Below are positions 36,192 through 45,772 of a stretch of DNA of 64,000 nt, in pieces. A program made the position numbers and the translations under genes. The stretch covers positions 56,786 through 120,785 of the IMG/VR virus record IMGVR_UViG_2529292751_000006. The stretch is one strand, 5' to 3'. Positions within the stretch are counted from its first letter, which is position 1; every line of letters begins with the position of its first letter. Under the pieces are notes generated by a model. That model saw only the letters and a program-made list of their open reading frames with translations, searched no databases and was not told where the DNA came from. The stretch is from a virus (taxonomy: Duplodnaviria; Caudoviricetes).

Positions 36192-36674
36192 TTAAAGCTT
36201 TATTGGTGCACTTTGTGCAACGAATCCTGATTTATCCATAATCATCTCAGATAATAGGCTTGGAATTCCCGCTCTACTCTTTAACATCTTTTCAATAGTA
36301 AAGTTTCTTGGGAATAAAACACATTTCTCTGTAAACATTTCTTCACGATCAAGAGCCGTCAATGTCTGATCTCTAATAATCTCTCGATACTCAGGGCGTG
36401 ATAATGTTCTCCATACAAATGGTTCACCTTCAAATGGAGTAAAGTAAATCCCACCATATCGTTCTTTCCATTCTTCTATTTCACAACGAGTAGGACCATT
36501 TTTCACAACTGGTGCATTCCATTCTTCCTCAGAGTATTCTGTCCCATCTACACCAGTAAAAACAGGCTGCTGCTTCTTTTCAATATGTTCTTCATTTATT
36601 TCATGTTTTTCAACTATATCTGATTGTTTATTAGTATCTTCCTGTATTGTATTCTCTTTTTTAGCTTTTTCCAT
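36192..36674 (-). CDS. Tail assembly chaperone
   Basis: IEEWKERYGGIY..FVWRTL.R.EY..CVLFP..AGIP..L...I...SGF. Confidence 0.7.
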   Translation of the reverse strand: MEKAKKENTIQEDTNKQSDIVEKHEINEEHIEKKQQPVFTGVDGTEYSEEEWNAPVVKNGPTRCEIEEWKERYGGIYFTPFEGEPFVWRTLSRPEYREIIRDQTLTALDREEMFTEKCVLFPRNFTIEKMLKSRAGIPSLLSEMIMDKSGFVAQSAPIKL

Positions 36675-36688
36675 CTTTATTCCTCCTC

Positions 36689-36704
36689 ATGTAATGCATT
36701 ACAT
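36689..36704. promoter_or_regulatory. Perfect 16-bp palindrome ATGTAATGCATTACAT, candidate operator
   Basis: Intergenic, between a TATAAT and the RBS; its core recurs elsewhere in the window. Confidence 0.5.
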
Positions 36705-36743
36705 TACAATTATAATATCTTTATCCAAGTAAAAAAAGCTGTT

Positions 36744-37622
36744 TTATTCAATTGTTCCATATTGCATTGGACGATATATAGTTTCAACTGATTGTTCTTT
36801 ATTTTCATTGTTACTTCCTTGAGACATGCTTGCCAACGATCTTCCATTTAAATCTCTAGCAATGAATGAATATTGCTCTTGTATTGGTGCCCCTTGGTCA
36901 GCTGTTGAAATAGATTTAGACATTCCTGAAAGCTGAACACCATTAATTACATCTACTGTTACATTAGGCTTATTAAACTTAGTAGACTCATAAAATTGAT
37001 TACTTATATATCCATTAGTTTCTGATATCGCCCCATACTGAACTCTGATATCAAACCCGAATTGTGAATTATAAAAATACGGAGCATCATCATAACTCAT
37101 ATAATGACCATTATCCTTTTGAGAACCCCATATAGCACTCTCGTATTCATCAGCAATTTGATCAAAAGAACTTTTACCTAGTCTTGTTAAAATCTCATCT
37201 AATTTTAGATTTTGATAGTACTGCGGCTTAATTTTCCCCTCTTTTTCTCCATTCGAAACAGCATGAAAGATAGCATTAGCATTCTGAACAACTTGTTGTA
37301 AGTAACCAACAGAAGTAAAGTTTACTGAAAAAGCTCCTTGTATTAATCGCTTTCCTCTTGCTACAGCATCCATTGTATAAGAATGGTATCCGTATATAGG
37401 TAAAACTTCTTCAGATAATTGAAAAGCAATACTTGTAATCTCATCCACCCATATATCACCAAAATATAACTTTACATCAGCATTCGAAAAGTATTCAGAG
37501 TTAAACATTTGATATTCCACTCTTGTATCTTGACGAGCATACATATCTTGTCGAGGTGTTAATGTGCTTTGTAATGACTGTTTGTTCCCGTAATATCCTC
37601 TGTTTGTTACCATATTTAACAC
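36744..37622 (-). CDS. Tail tube-like protein (paralogue 3)
   Basis: YFS.AD..I.F...EE..PIYG...ARGKR.IQG shared with the tube protein. Confidence 0.7.
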   Translation of the reverse strand: MLNMVTNRGYYGNKQSLQSTLTPRQDMYARQDTRVEYQMFNSEYFSNADVKLYFGDIWVDEITSIAFQLSEEVLPIYGYHSYTMDAVARGKRLIQGAFSVNFTSVGYLQQVVQNANAIFHAVSNGEKEGKIKPQYYQNLKLDEILTRLGKSSFDQIADEYESAIWGSQKDNGHYMSYDDAPYFYNSQFGFDIRVQYGAISETNGYISNQFYESTKFNKPNVTVDVINGVQLSGMSKSISTADQGAPIQEQYSFIARDLNGRSLASMSQGSNNENKEQSVETIYRPMQYGTIE

Positions 37623-37624
37623 TC

Positions 37625-38509
37625 CTATAAAGACTGTAATTTCATTGAACTAGATAAATTTGTACGTTGCATTGGGTCGATATCTAAGGCATAAAACTCA
37701 TATACATTCTGAGTAAAAACATCATCAATGCTCAAGACCATTCCTTCTGTGTAAGTACTAACACCATATATACTCATGGAAGATTGCGCACCGAATTCGT
37801 TGGCCATTGATAAAGTAATATCAAACATAGGCATCTCATCCATTAGCATTCGATAACCAGATTCTTTTATTTCTCTCATGCATCTATACACAATACTTTC
37901 ATCAAACACTGTAAATCCTAGCACTCCAGAAATTGTACGCATCCCTCTTGTAAACCCCTTCATACTCACACGCCCCAATGCACGAACAGGGTATTTTTCT
38001 CTAAATATTGAATACGATAAGCTAGATAATTCTCCAAAAACCACAGGACCTTTTCCAGGAACATTAATACTACAAACCATATCTGCACCAGTATATGAAT
38101 TAAAATTCTTTTGATAAGCATCTGGAGCACTCTTTGCAGGGATATTAGGAATGTCTTTCTTTTTTCTGTTTGCGTTATCATCTAATTCTTTTGTTAGCAT
38201 TTGATATTTTCTTATATCTTGTATGGTTGATTCTATGAGCCTTATAGCTGTCTCTTGCTCATTTCCTTTAAGCAACTTCATAGCAAGCGAAATAAAGCTT
38301 CTCAATACCAGTAATGCACTCTCTGAATCTAACCTTTGATTAATTTCAGTCGAAGCTATTCTTACAAATAGAATAGGATCCTTAAATTGTACACCCGTAT
38401 TCCCCATCCATTGGATCAAGTCATACGCACCATTTGGAGAAGCTGACATTACTTTTGGATTTCTAATAAACGGTATTAAATTCTTAATTAATAAATTAAT
38501 AGATTCCAT
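37625..38509 (-). CDS. Tail tube-like protein (paralogue 2) with helical N-terminal extension
   Basis: SYTGAD..GEL..LSYSI.RE..RG.RTISG.L.F..FD..D.MP.FDIT.SMANE.G. Confidence 0.72.
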   Translation of the reverse strand: MESINLLIKNLIPFIRNPKVMSASPNGAYDLIQWMGNTGVQFKDPILFVRIASTEINQRLDSESALLVLRSFISLAMKLLKGNEQETAIRLIESTIQDIRKYQMLTKELDDNANRKKKDIPNIPAKSAPDAYQKNFNSYTGADMVCSINVPGKGPVVFGELSSLSYSIFREKYPVRALGRVSMKGFTRGMRTISGVLGFTVFDESIVYRCMREIKESGYRMLMDEMPMFDITLSMANEFGAQSSMSIYGVSTYTEGMVLSIDDVFTQNVYEFYALDIDPMQRTNLSSSMKLQSL

Positions 38510-38527
38510 ATGTTTCTCCTTTTTATT

Positions 38528-38559
38528 CTAAAATAGGACAGCAATTCTGCTGTCCTATT
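38528..38559 (-). terminator. Intrinsic terminator after the major tube gene
   Basis: AATAGGACAGCA-GAAT-TGCTGTCCTATT followed by TT. Confidence 0.7.
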
Positions 38560-38564
38560 ACTTA

Positions 38565-39332
38565 TTAAAATCCGCTTGCAAGCGTATCGCCAGAAGCGAT
38601 ATTACCAGAAGCTCCACCTTCCTGACGAAGATTATCTTTTGCTTGAACACCTTTAAGTTTACGAGCAACAAAAGAATAAGCTTTTGCAGTAATTACATCA
38701 TCTACTGAGAATCCAGATGCTTCATTTAACAATTGAATTCCATAGAGTTCCATACCTGCACGTTGTCCATATTCATTTGCCATAGAAATTGTGATATTGA
38801 AAGGCATTAACTGATCGGCATACTCTGGAACGAAGAAATCTGTTAAGTTATCCGTATTGAATCCGCCATTTTGAGAGCCATCTGTACGAGCATATCCTAA
38901 GCGAGTCATTTGTTCGTCCCAAGTGTTGATACCGTATGTATTTGCACCATTTGGAGATATAGATTTCAAGCCGCTTAGAATTTCATCTTCAAGACCCATT
39001 CGTCCAGAACGAGCTCCTTGTCCATTTACGTTCGCAATATATTGTTGGAAACGCATAGGAGATGGAGCACCTTTATATTCTTTTTTCATTTCGTCAAGTA
39101 ATGCATCTCGATCAAATTGAACAAATACTAATGAGCCTTGAATGCCACGTTTACCACGAGAGAAAGAACGAGCATCTGGGCTACCCATTGTATAAACAGG
39201 TGCAACTTCACGTGCAACTGAATAAGAAATTGCCTGTAATTCTCCAATTACACGACCATTAAATGTTGCTGCAATATCCGCACCAGAAAACGTAGAAAAG
39301 GTACGAGTGTATTCTTCTTGATTAAAAGACAT
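38565..39332 (-). CDS. Major tail tube protein
   Basis: Directly downstream of the sheath gene; TFSGAD..GELQAISYS..RGKRGI.GSL; followed by a terminator. Confidence 0.78.
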   Translation of the reverse strand: MSFNQEEYTRTFSTFSGADIAATFNGRVIGELQAISYSVAREVAPVYTMGSPDARSFSRGKRGIQGSLVFVQFDRDALLDEMKKEYKGAPSPMRFQQYIANVNGQGARSGRMGLEDEILSGLKSISPNGANTYGINTWDEQMTRLGYARTDGSQNGGFNTDNLTDFFVPEYADQLMPFNITISMANEYGQRAGMELYGIQLLNEASGFSVDDVITAKAYSFVARKLKGVQAKDNLRQEGGASGNIASGDTLASGF

Positions 39333-39368
39333 AACTATTTCACCCCTTGTGAAATTTATTTATTATAT

Positions 39369-39399
39369 ACATGCAAAGGGTTACTCACCCTTTGCATGT
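39369..39399. other. Perfect 12-bp-stem hairpin between sheath and tube genes
   Basis: ACATGCAAAGGG-N7-CCCTTTGCATGT with no U-tract on the coding strand. Confidence 0.55.
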
Positions 39400-39404
39400 T
39401 ATTC

Positions 39405-42326
39405 TTACAAGCTTGCACGTAATGCTACACTTGTGTAGATTTTGCGTGTTTCATATGCAGGAACTAATTCAAGTTGAATATATGCGTTACCTAGCACACG
39501 GTCTTTAGCTGAAGTGTAGATAGAGAATTTGAAGTTTGTTAATACTCCAAGATCCTTTAACTTATCTAAACCAGCTTGGATTTCTGTTGCTAAACTATTA
39601 CGTTGAGCAATACCATTTGGTAAACCAATAAATTTATCTGCTAATTTACGAATTAATTGAACAGTAGTATGAGTGATACGTACTGTAGATAAACGTTGAT
39701 AGTCACTCATTACTCCAGCAGCAGTTACACCATCTTTTACAACAATGGAACGATTACCATTGATACTTACTTTGTTCTCAAATGTAACGTAATGCCCGCC
39801 AGCTAATTGGTTATGCTGAGCTTCAGATAAGTTATAACGTAATCCTGATACGGCGATAGGTTTATTTGTAGTAGAAACCTCTGGTCGTAATTGTGAAATT
39901 AATGCTGAGTAAATACCAGAACCACTTGCGATATACGGGCCAAGCTTTTCATTAGCTAATCCAGTTTCAGGACCGAATACAACGTTAGTGTATCGCCCGA
40001 TATCAATTGGTTCTCCCTCGTCATTAAAGATTCGTTCATTTGTTGCAAGGTTATACATGTTATGGCTATTTTGGTAATTTGGATTAATACCACGAGAAAT
40101 CCAATATTTTGCCGATTCTTCATCAACACTGATACCTTTAGTCAGTAAATCAATGTATTGTTGAATTTCACGTAAACCAATTTCAGGAGCAGCTGCCACT
40201 CCGATTACACTAATTGTTTCGAATGTTTTTGCACTAACCATTGCACAATGCTGTGCTAATTGAGTTGCAAAGTTTCGTGTGCTATCTATATGAATTGAAC
40301 CATCATCAGAAATTGAACCAATTGCTGTATTAGCAAATGCATCGCAAAGCCAGATAAGATCAACTGAATAGTTTTCTAATTTACTATAAATACCTTGCTC
40401 TACTAAATCGTATTCATCCAAAGTACCTGAAACTAGTTCATATCTACCACCAAGAACATCATATAACTCTTTCATTTCTAACAAGCTTGCTGTGTTATAG
40501 AATCCATTACCACCTAACCATGGGAAGCGGTTTTCATCATTCTCAGCTTTGTCGTCATCAACAAATAATGTATATCTAAGCTCTTCATCACTATATTTTT
40601 CACCAAGATTAATTGGACGATAATCATAGCGACCATCAATTGGACTAACTGTATAGTCAGTTACCATTAAGCCTGTTACAGCAACATCACCAGTGTTTAC
40701 AGGGACTTCTAATCGAACAATATTATTTTGCGGTAAGCTATTTACATAGTTCGCAAATTCACGAATTGTACGAATACCACGCATTTCTTTTGTTCTAAAA
40801 CGGATTTCAGTATCATTTGATGTTAATTTTTTATCTGAAGGTTTAATGAAACGCACTACACGGTTATCCATATCAAGAGTTCCATTCTCATTCACTTCGT
40901 ATTCGACAGTAAATTTAACACCATATAAACTTTCAAAATCACGATAATCTTGAATACCACCGTAAACCTTACCACCGCTCTTACCTAGTACAGTGATTTT
41001 TGCACCCTGAGTTGCACCTTCACCTGTGTTATAATGTGCAAATAATTTCGCACCAACAGGACCAACACCGGATTTAATCATTACTTTAATTCTGTCTTTT
41101 CCATCTGGATAAATAACAGTGTAATGCTCAGTAGGCTTTAAAGAGACACGTTTACCATTTAACTCGTAATACACTTCAAGAGAATCTGTTACAGGAGTGT
41201 ATTTAAGTAAGGTTTCTTTTTCAGATCCCGGAATTACATATTCTTCTGACTTTTGAATTTCTAAGTCATTGTAATAGAAATAATCCGCTGATACAGTTAA
41301 TGCTGCGGTTAATGCAGGATATGTACCTTTTGCAACTTCTTGCTGATATGCTTCAGTAAAGCGTATACCACCTTGCTTGTACTCTTCTGCAGTAATCATA
41401 TCAGTAAGTTCATTTTTCACAGCAGGGTCACCTTTACCAATACGCCATAAACGTTCACCTGATGCATTCACCATCGGAATTGCATTAACTGCTCCAAGTG
41501 TATCTTTTGTATAGATATTTACTTGGTGAACAGGATCATCTGACCAGTTTCCTACTTCTGATGAGAAGTAATTAGTCATAGTAGGACTTTGTATTAATAG
41601 GCCTAAAGTAGATGGATTTGTCTTTCCATCCATATTACGAGTAACTTCTGAGTAGTTACGCTTCTTGGCTTTGAAAGTAACTTTAATCGTATTCTTAGGA
41701 CGGAACTTATCTTTTGCAAAGTAAATTGTTTCAGATCCAGGTGTGATATCTACATTTTGATAGCCCGTTGATTCTGGGAAGGTTTTAACTGGTTCACCTG
41801 TAGTATCATTTCCTTCAAACTCATCAATTTTTTCGATTTTTACAAGACGATGATCTTTTTCAATATTTAATCGTTTTGTAAAAGCAACGTTACCCGGAAT
41901 TAAATTACTACCTAACAGATCTGATAAAGGTTCAGTAACTTCACTATTTGCATCTTTAGCAAGAATTTCGGACATAGCTGTTTTACCAGAAATACGAAGT
42001 AATCTAATATCCTCATTTCCTGCTCGAATTGCTTCCCACATCGCACGAATTAATGTACCTTGATGAGGAACACGAGCAGTTTTTTCTACTCCATTTTCAA
42101 TAATAGTTCTTCGCTCTAATAAGCCACCGAACATTTTTTCAGCAACTTTAGGCCCACCAATCTGGTTAACAGATACAGGTTCTCCTACTGGTCCGTCAAT
42201 AGCAGTACCCATAATTAAAAGAGCTTGTGTTCTAGCATCTTCTGCTTGCTTACCAGTATAAAGATTCCCATCTTCATAAGAAACTTTTACACCGGGTAAA
42301 TTTTCATACTGTTCAAATGTTGACAT
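39405..42326 (-). CDS. Major tail sheath protein with large insertions
   Basis: LPGV N-terminus, GTAIDGP, STTNK, KDGVT..SDY..LSTVRI, FIG.PN, LELVP.YE. Confidence 0.88.
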   Translation of the reverse strand: MSTFEQYENLPGVKVSYEDGNLYTGKQAEDARTQALLIMGTAIDGPVGEPVSVNQIGGPKVAEKMFGGLLERRTIIENGVEKTARVPHQGTLIRAMWEAIRAGNEDIRLLRISGKTAMSEILAKDANSEVTEPLSDLLGSNLIPGNVAFTKRLNIEKDHRLVKIEKIDEFEGNDTTGEPVKTFPESTGYQNVDITPGSETIYFAKDKFRPKNTIKVTFKAKKRNYSEVTRNMDGKTNPSTLGLLIQSPTMTNYFSSEVGNWSDDPVHQVNIYTKDTLGAVNAIPMVNASGERLWRIGKGDPAVKNELTDMITAEEYKQGGIRFTEAYQQEVAKGTYPALTAALTVSADYFYYNDLEIQKSEEYVIPGSEKETLLKYTPVTDSLEVYYELNGKRVSLKPTEHYTVIYPDGKDRIKVMIKSGVGPVGAKLFAHYNTGEGATQGAKITVLGKSGGKVYGGIQDYRDFESLYGVKFTVEYEVNENGTLDMDNRVVRFIKPSDKKLTSNDTEIRFRTKEMRGIRTIREFANYVNSLPQNNIVRLEVPVNTGDVAVTGLMVTDYTVSPIDGRYDYRPINLGEKYSDEELRYTLFVDDDKAENDENRFPWLGGNGFYNTASLLEMKELYDVLGGRYELVSGTLDEYDLVEQGIYSKLENYSVDLIWLCDAFANTAIGSISDDGSIHIDSTRNFATQLAQHCAMVSAKTFETISVIGVAAAPEIGLREIQQYIDLLTKGISVDEESAKYWISRGINPNYQNSHNMYNLATNERIFNDEGEPIDIGRYTNVVFGPETGLANEKLGPYIASGSGIYSALISQLRPEVSTTNKPIAVSGLRYNLSEAQHNQLAGGHYVTFENKVSINGNRSIVVKDGVTAAGVMSDYQRLSTVRITHTTVQLIRKLADKFIGLPNGIAQRNSLATEIQAGLDKLKDLGVLTNFKFSIYTSAKDRVLGNAYIQLELVPAYETRKIYTSVALRASL

Positions 42327-42357
42327 TAGGATTCCTCCTTTAAAGTTAATCTCTTAA

Positions 42358-43044
42358 TTAAAGAGAATTATTAATTGTTGAAGCAACTTGTACTTGTCGA
42401 ATTTCATTAGTAAATTTGACTGTTATTTTTTCAAATCGCATCTTATAGTACATAGGTCTTTTCGCTATATTAATTCTCTGATTTTGTATCACTTCATCAG
42501 CACCTTGTGAATCAAATAGAATCTCTTGGACTCCATTCTTCTTAAAGAATCCTGTATAATTTTGAATAAACTCTTCAAGGTCTAATATCATCTCATCAGC
42601 TTCTTCAGCACTTTCAGAATAGACAACAAACTCAACAGCTACATCAAAGACTTGTCCATATAGGTTTACATACTCACCATCTCGATAAGGATGTCGAATA
42701 GTCCCCCTATGCCTTGGCTTTATATCCTTAATATCCTGGTTAATTTTTCTTTCTACGACCCTATATGTAATCCGTGGAAATACTGCATCCTCTTTAATAG
42801 GTGAATAGCGAATAAATTCTCCAGATAATCCAGCCTCTTTCCAAAGTTTTTGTAAATCATCAACAAAGCTCAAAAAAGTAATAGGCTTATCAGATCTTAG
42901 CCGGTTATCTATATATGGATCTTCATACAAAGAGAGCTCATCTATTTTTTTGAGCGAATCTTTATAAGCTTCTATTTCCCCTTTTAACTCAGGAGGCATA
43001 TCTTGAGCTTCTTTTATAACGGAATATACATTTGGATTACTCAA
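42358..43044 (-). CDS. Tail terminator/completion protein
   Basis: FPRITY..KPR.R..GQ.FD..VEF.VY..EEAD; lies just upstream of the sheath gene. Confidence 0.6.
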   Translation of the reverse strand: MSNPNVYSVIKEAQDMPPELKGEIEAYKDSLKKIDELSLYEDPYIDNRLRSDKPITFLSFVDDLQKLWKEAGLSGEFIRYSPIKEDAVFPRITYRVVERKINQDIKDIKPRHRGTIRHPYRDGEYVNLYGQVFDVAVEFVVYSESAEEADEMILDLEEFIQNYTGFFKKNGVQEILFDSQGADEVIQNQRINIAKRPMYYKMRFEKITVKFTNEIRQVQVASTINNSL

Positions 43045-43061
43045 GAATCATTCCCTCCTTT

Positions 43062-44114
43062 TTATTTGTAAACTCGAACAATTGAATGCCCTGTTATTTT
43101 ATGAATAGAAAAGATAGGAACGACTTCAATATTTATCTCGATAATGCCGTATAGCTCGCTAATTTTTATAGAATAATCATACTCTCTGATCTTTTTATCT
43201 ATAATCCTTCTTAGGCATAACGCTTCAATAATATCCTCTATATTAGAGGCTTGAAATGCTACATTCGGCTTTCCGATAAATATCTCTAACCTTCTAGCAA
43301 TTTCATTTATTATTTCTTGAGCGATTCTAAAATTAGAAATATGTTTATGTACACTACCCACTGTACTTACAGCGCAGCCCGATGAAGTGCAAACAACACC
43401 TTTTTGAAAGGTATTCTTAAAACAAACTACCCCTATTTCTCTTAATTTAAGAATTTGTTCTTTTGTGAATTCAATTTCTAAATTCGTATTAGGAATAGTT
43501 TTATTGATCGGACTCACTTCAGGATTTATAGATGCTAAGATTCCAGCATAAACGGCACCCGCTTTTTTTAAACTCATTTGATTTACAACTACTGATAAAT
43601 ACTTTCCGGTTTCTTCTAATTCATCGCCAGAAAGTTCTACAGTTAAATCGGAAATCCTTTTAAATAAAGGCTCTATATCTTCGAAACTATTTTTAGCTGA
43701 TAAAGATAAAATACAGTGAATAAGATTACCCTTATCTTCTTTTATTTTTGCAAATTCAATATAGCTATCTATTAAATCGTGATGCCTATCAAAATGCACT
43801 TCATCAAGATATAGTAAGTCGAAATCAAATGATTCTAAGACAGTGAATGCTATATCGTACCGATTAGGCTCAATTCTCATAAGAAATACACATAAATCCT
43901 CATCCATAGAAATAGCATCTTCATAACATTGAATAATAGGGCCTGATTTAAAGAAATCTACAACCATATCCTTGTTATAAACAAGACTTGGTTCATAGTA
44001 TTGTCCTTTTTCAGATTCAGAAACAATGACTAATCGCTTACCTATTTCAATTTGTCTCTCTACATAAACTAATGGATGTTGTATAAAATCAACGCTTGGT
44101 GAGGGCCCTATCAT
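43062..44114 (-). CDS. Minimal sheath paralogue
   Basis: YAG.LA..SP.NK.I..EQI..L...GV..I.NFRI..FIGKPN..IEVVP matches the C-terminus of the 973-aa sheath; likely start ATG 44114 after AAGGGGG (ORF track extends to 44198). Confidence 0.7.
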   Translation of the reverse strand: MIGPSPSVDFIQHPLVYVERQIEIGKRLVIVSESEKGQYYEPSLVYNKDMVVDFFKSGPIIQCYEDAISMDEDLCVFLMRIEPNRYDIAFTVLESFDFDLLYLDEVHFDRHHDLIDSYIEFAKIKEDKGNLIHCILSLSAKNSFEDIEPLFKRISDLTVELSGDELEETGKYLSVVVNQMSLKKAGAVYAGILASINPEVSPINKTIPNTNLEIEFTKEQILKLREIGVVCFKNTFQKGVVCTSSGCAVSTVGSVHKHISNFRIAQEIINEIARRLEIFIGKPNVAFQASNIEDIIEALCLRRIIDKKIREYDYSIKISELYGIIEINIEVVPIFSIHKITGHSIVRVYK

Positions 44115-44574
44115 CTCGATCCCCCTTAAAGTCATATCGACTATATACTTGATAAAATTCTGTTCTCCCCTGTAATCCATACTTAGGTTCAACAGCACTA
44201 ATTAATAGCTTTTCTTTTATCTTGATTGGCATTTCTTTTTCATTCCAAACAACTTCTAATATTAAGTCGTTGCTTTCTGGCTTGGATAAATGATCTAGAT
44301 AATAAGTGTAAGCTTTGGGAGCAAATGCACCATATGGCTGTAATTGATTTACACCAATCAAAGTCTCAGGAATAGAAGCTTCTTTCCTTCTTGTCAGCTT
44401 CTTTTCAATCTTAACTTCATAACCAGTACCAAAACACTTAGAACAGTTTGCATTAGGCTCACCGCTTCGTTCTATATAGCATTCACATCGAAAATGCGTA
44501 TTTCTTCTAACATAAACAACTGAATGACCATATTTATCAAGGACTTGTGCGAACTCTTTACGAATATCAATCAT
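44089..44574 (-). CDS. Head closure/neck protein with zinc-binding cysteines
   Basis: CEC...CSKCFGTGY; neck position. Confidence 0.6.
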   Translation of the reverse strand: MIDIRKEFAQVLDKYGHSVVYVRRNTHFRCECYIERSGEPNANCSKCFGTGYEVKIEKKLTRRKEASIPETLIGVNQLQPYGAFAPKAYTYYLDHLSKPESNDLILEVVWNEKEMPIKIKEKLLISAVEPKYGLQGRTEFYQVYSRYDFKGDRDDRALTKR

Positions 44575-45713
44575 TAGAATCCTCGCCCTTCTGGTGAACC
44601 GGCCGCTGTTCTAAATGACCCAGAAACAGGTTTTGCATAACCTCGCTTATTGTGACCCATCATTGAATCTAACCAGAACTTAATTTCCTTTTCATTTTCA
44701 GAAATCATGGTCTGTAGCTTTTTAAGAGGGGACTCTTCTTTAACGCCCGAGTTACCACCTGACCCATTAGATGAGCTGGATTTATCTTGAACCATAAAAT
44801 CACCTAATTGAATAGTTCCACCAGATGTATTTTTAGTGATTGATCCAACACCATCATCTTGATCCTCTGAATCGTTTAAAATACGAACCATTAATCCAGT
44901 CAACAATAACCTTGATGCTTCAAATGCCACATACTTTGTTGTAGCAAAGTATGCCGTATCTCGTTCTTTTAAAGCACGATAACGACTATTATTGGCATCT
45001 GGAACCTTCCCTAGATATTGCAAAGCTTTTTGCCCTGCATCTCTTAATGCACTGTATACTTCATGAGAAGAAAAGTATTTAAATAAACTACGAATAATAT
45101 TTTTTACTTCTAAAGGAGTTGCAAATATAGGCTCATACTTAGAAGTGAAAGTTGAAATTTTCATCTCACCTAAAGAAAATCCGGAGACTGATTTAATTTC
45201 ATTTCCAAAGACAACTTGATATGTATGATTATATTTAGGCGCTTCTTTAAATGTAATTTCTACTTTATCCCCTTCAACAGATAGATCAGTTGGCACCTGA
45301 AATTCAGGAGATAAAACATAATCATCTCCATCGGAAACGACTATATTATTAGGCACTTCATCATCATTTTGAGGACTAGCTTTTAGTGAAACATCAAATC
45401 CGGAAATTGAATCTGATACAACCGTAAACTGTTCTTTTCTTGTATAAGTCTTCCCTTTGATAATGGCTTGATATGTTAGAATATGCTCCCCACTATCCCA
45501 ACTCTCAGGAATATTAAACTCACTACTATATAATGATTGCCTATCCATTGTTTCAAGTTTAACACTATCTATAGCTTCTATTCCATGTCGCTCAAGGCGT
45601 CCAATGTTTACTGTAGGTGGAAAATCAACTGTAATATGTTTGCTATTCTTATCTAGAGTTAATAATTCTAATAAAATCGTTGTTTTTTTTGAAAATTCGC
45701 CTATGTGATTCAT
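44574..45713 (-). CDS. Head-tail adaptor-like virion protein
   Basis: N-terminal Ig-like region; P.FATP..V, KYV..EA, IQLGDF.V adaptor-like C-terminus. Confidence 0.55.
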   Translation of the reverse strand: MNHIGEFSKKTTILLELLTLDKNSKHITVDFPPTVNIGRLERHGIEAIDSVKLETMDRQSLYSSEFNIPESWDSGEHILTYQAIIKGKTYTRKEQFTVVSDSISGFDVSLKASPQNDDEVPNNIVVSDGDDYVLSPEFQVPTDLSVEGDKVEITFKEAPKYNHTYQVVFGNEIKSVSGFSLGEMKISTFTSKYEPIFATPLEVKNIIRSLFKYFSSHEVYSALRDAGQKALQYLGKVPDANNSRYRALKERDTAYFATTKYVAFEASRLLLTGLMVRILNDSEDQDDGVGSITKNTSGGTIQLGDFMVQDKSSSSNGSGGNSGVKEESPLKKLQTMISENEKEIKFWLDSMMGHNKRGYAKPVSGSFRTAAGSPEGRGF

Positions 45714-45772
45714 ATCATCACCTTCTTTTAAAAATATCCCCTATTTTTATAGAGAGATAATGTACTTTTATA

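Noticed and set aside
13781-44114. Extracellular contractile injection system or tailocin
   Set aside because: Complete head and packaging genes (terminase, portal, protease, capsid) are in the same operon
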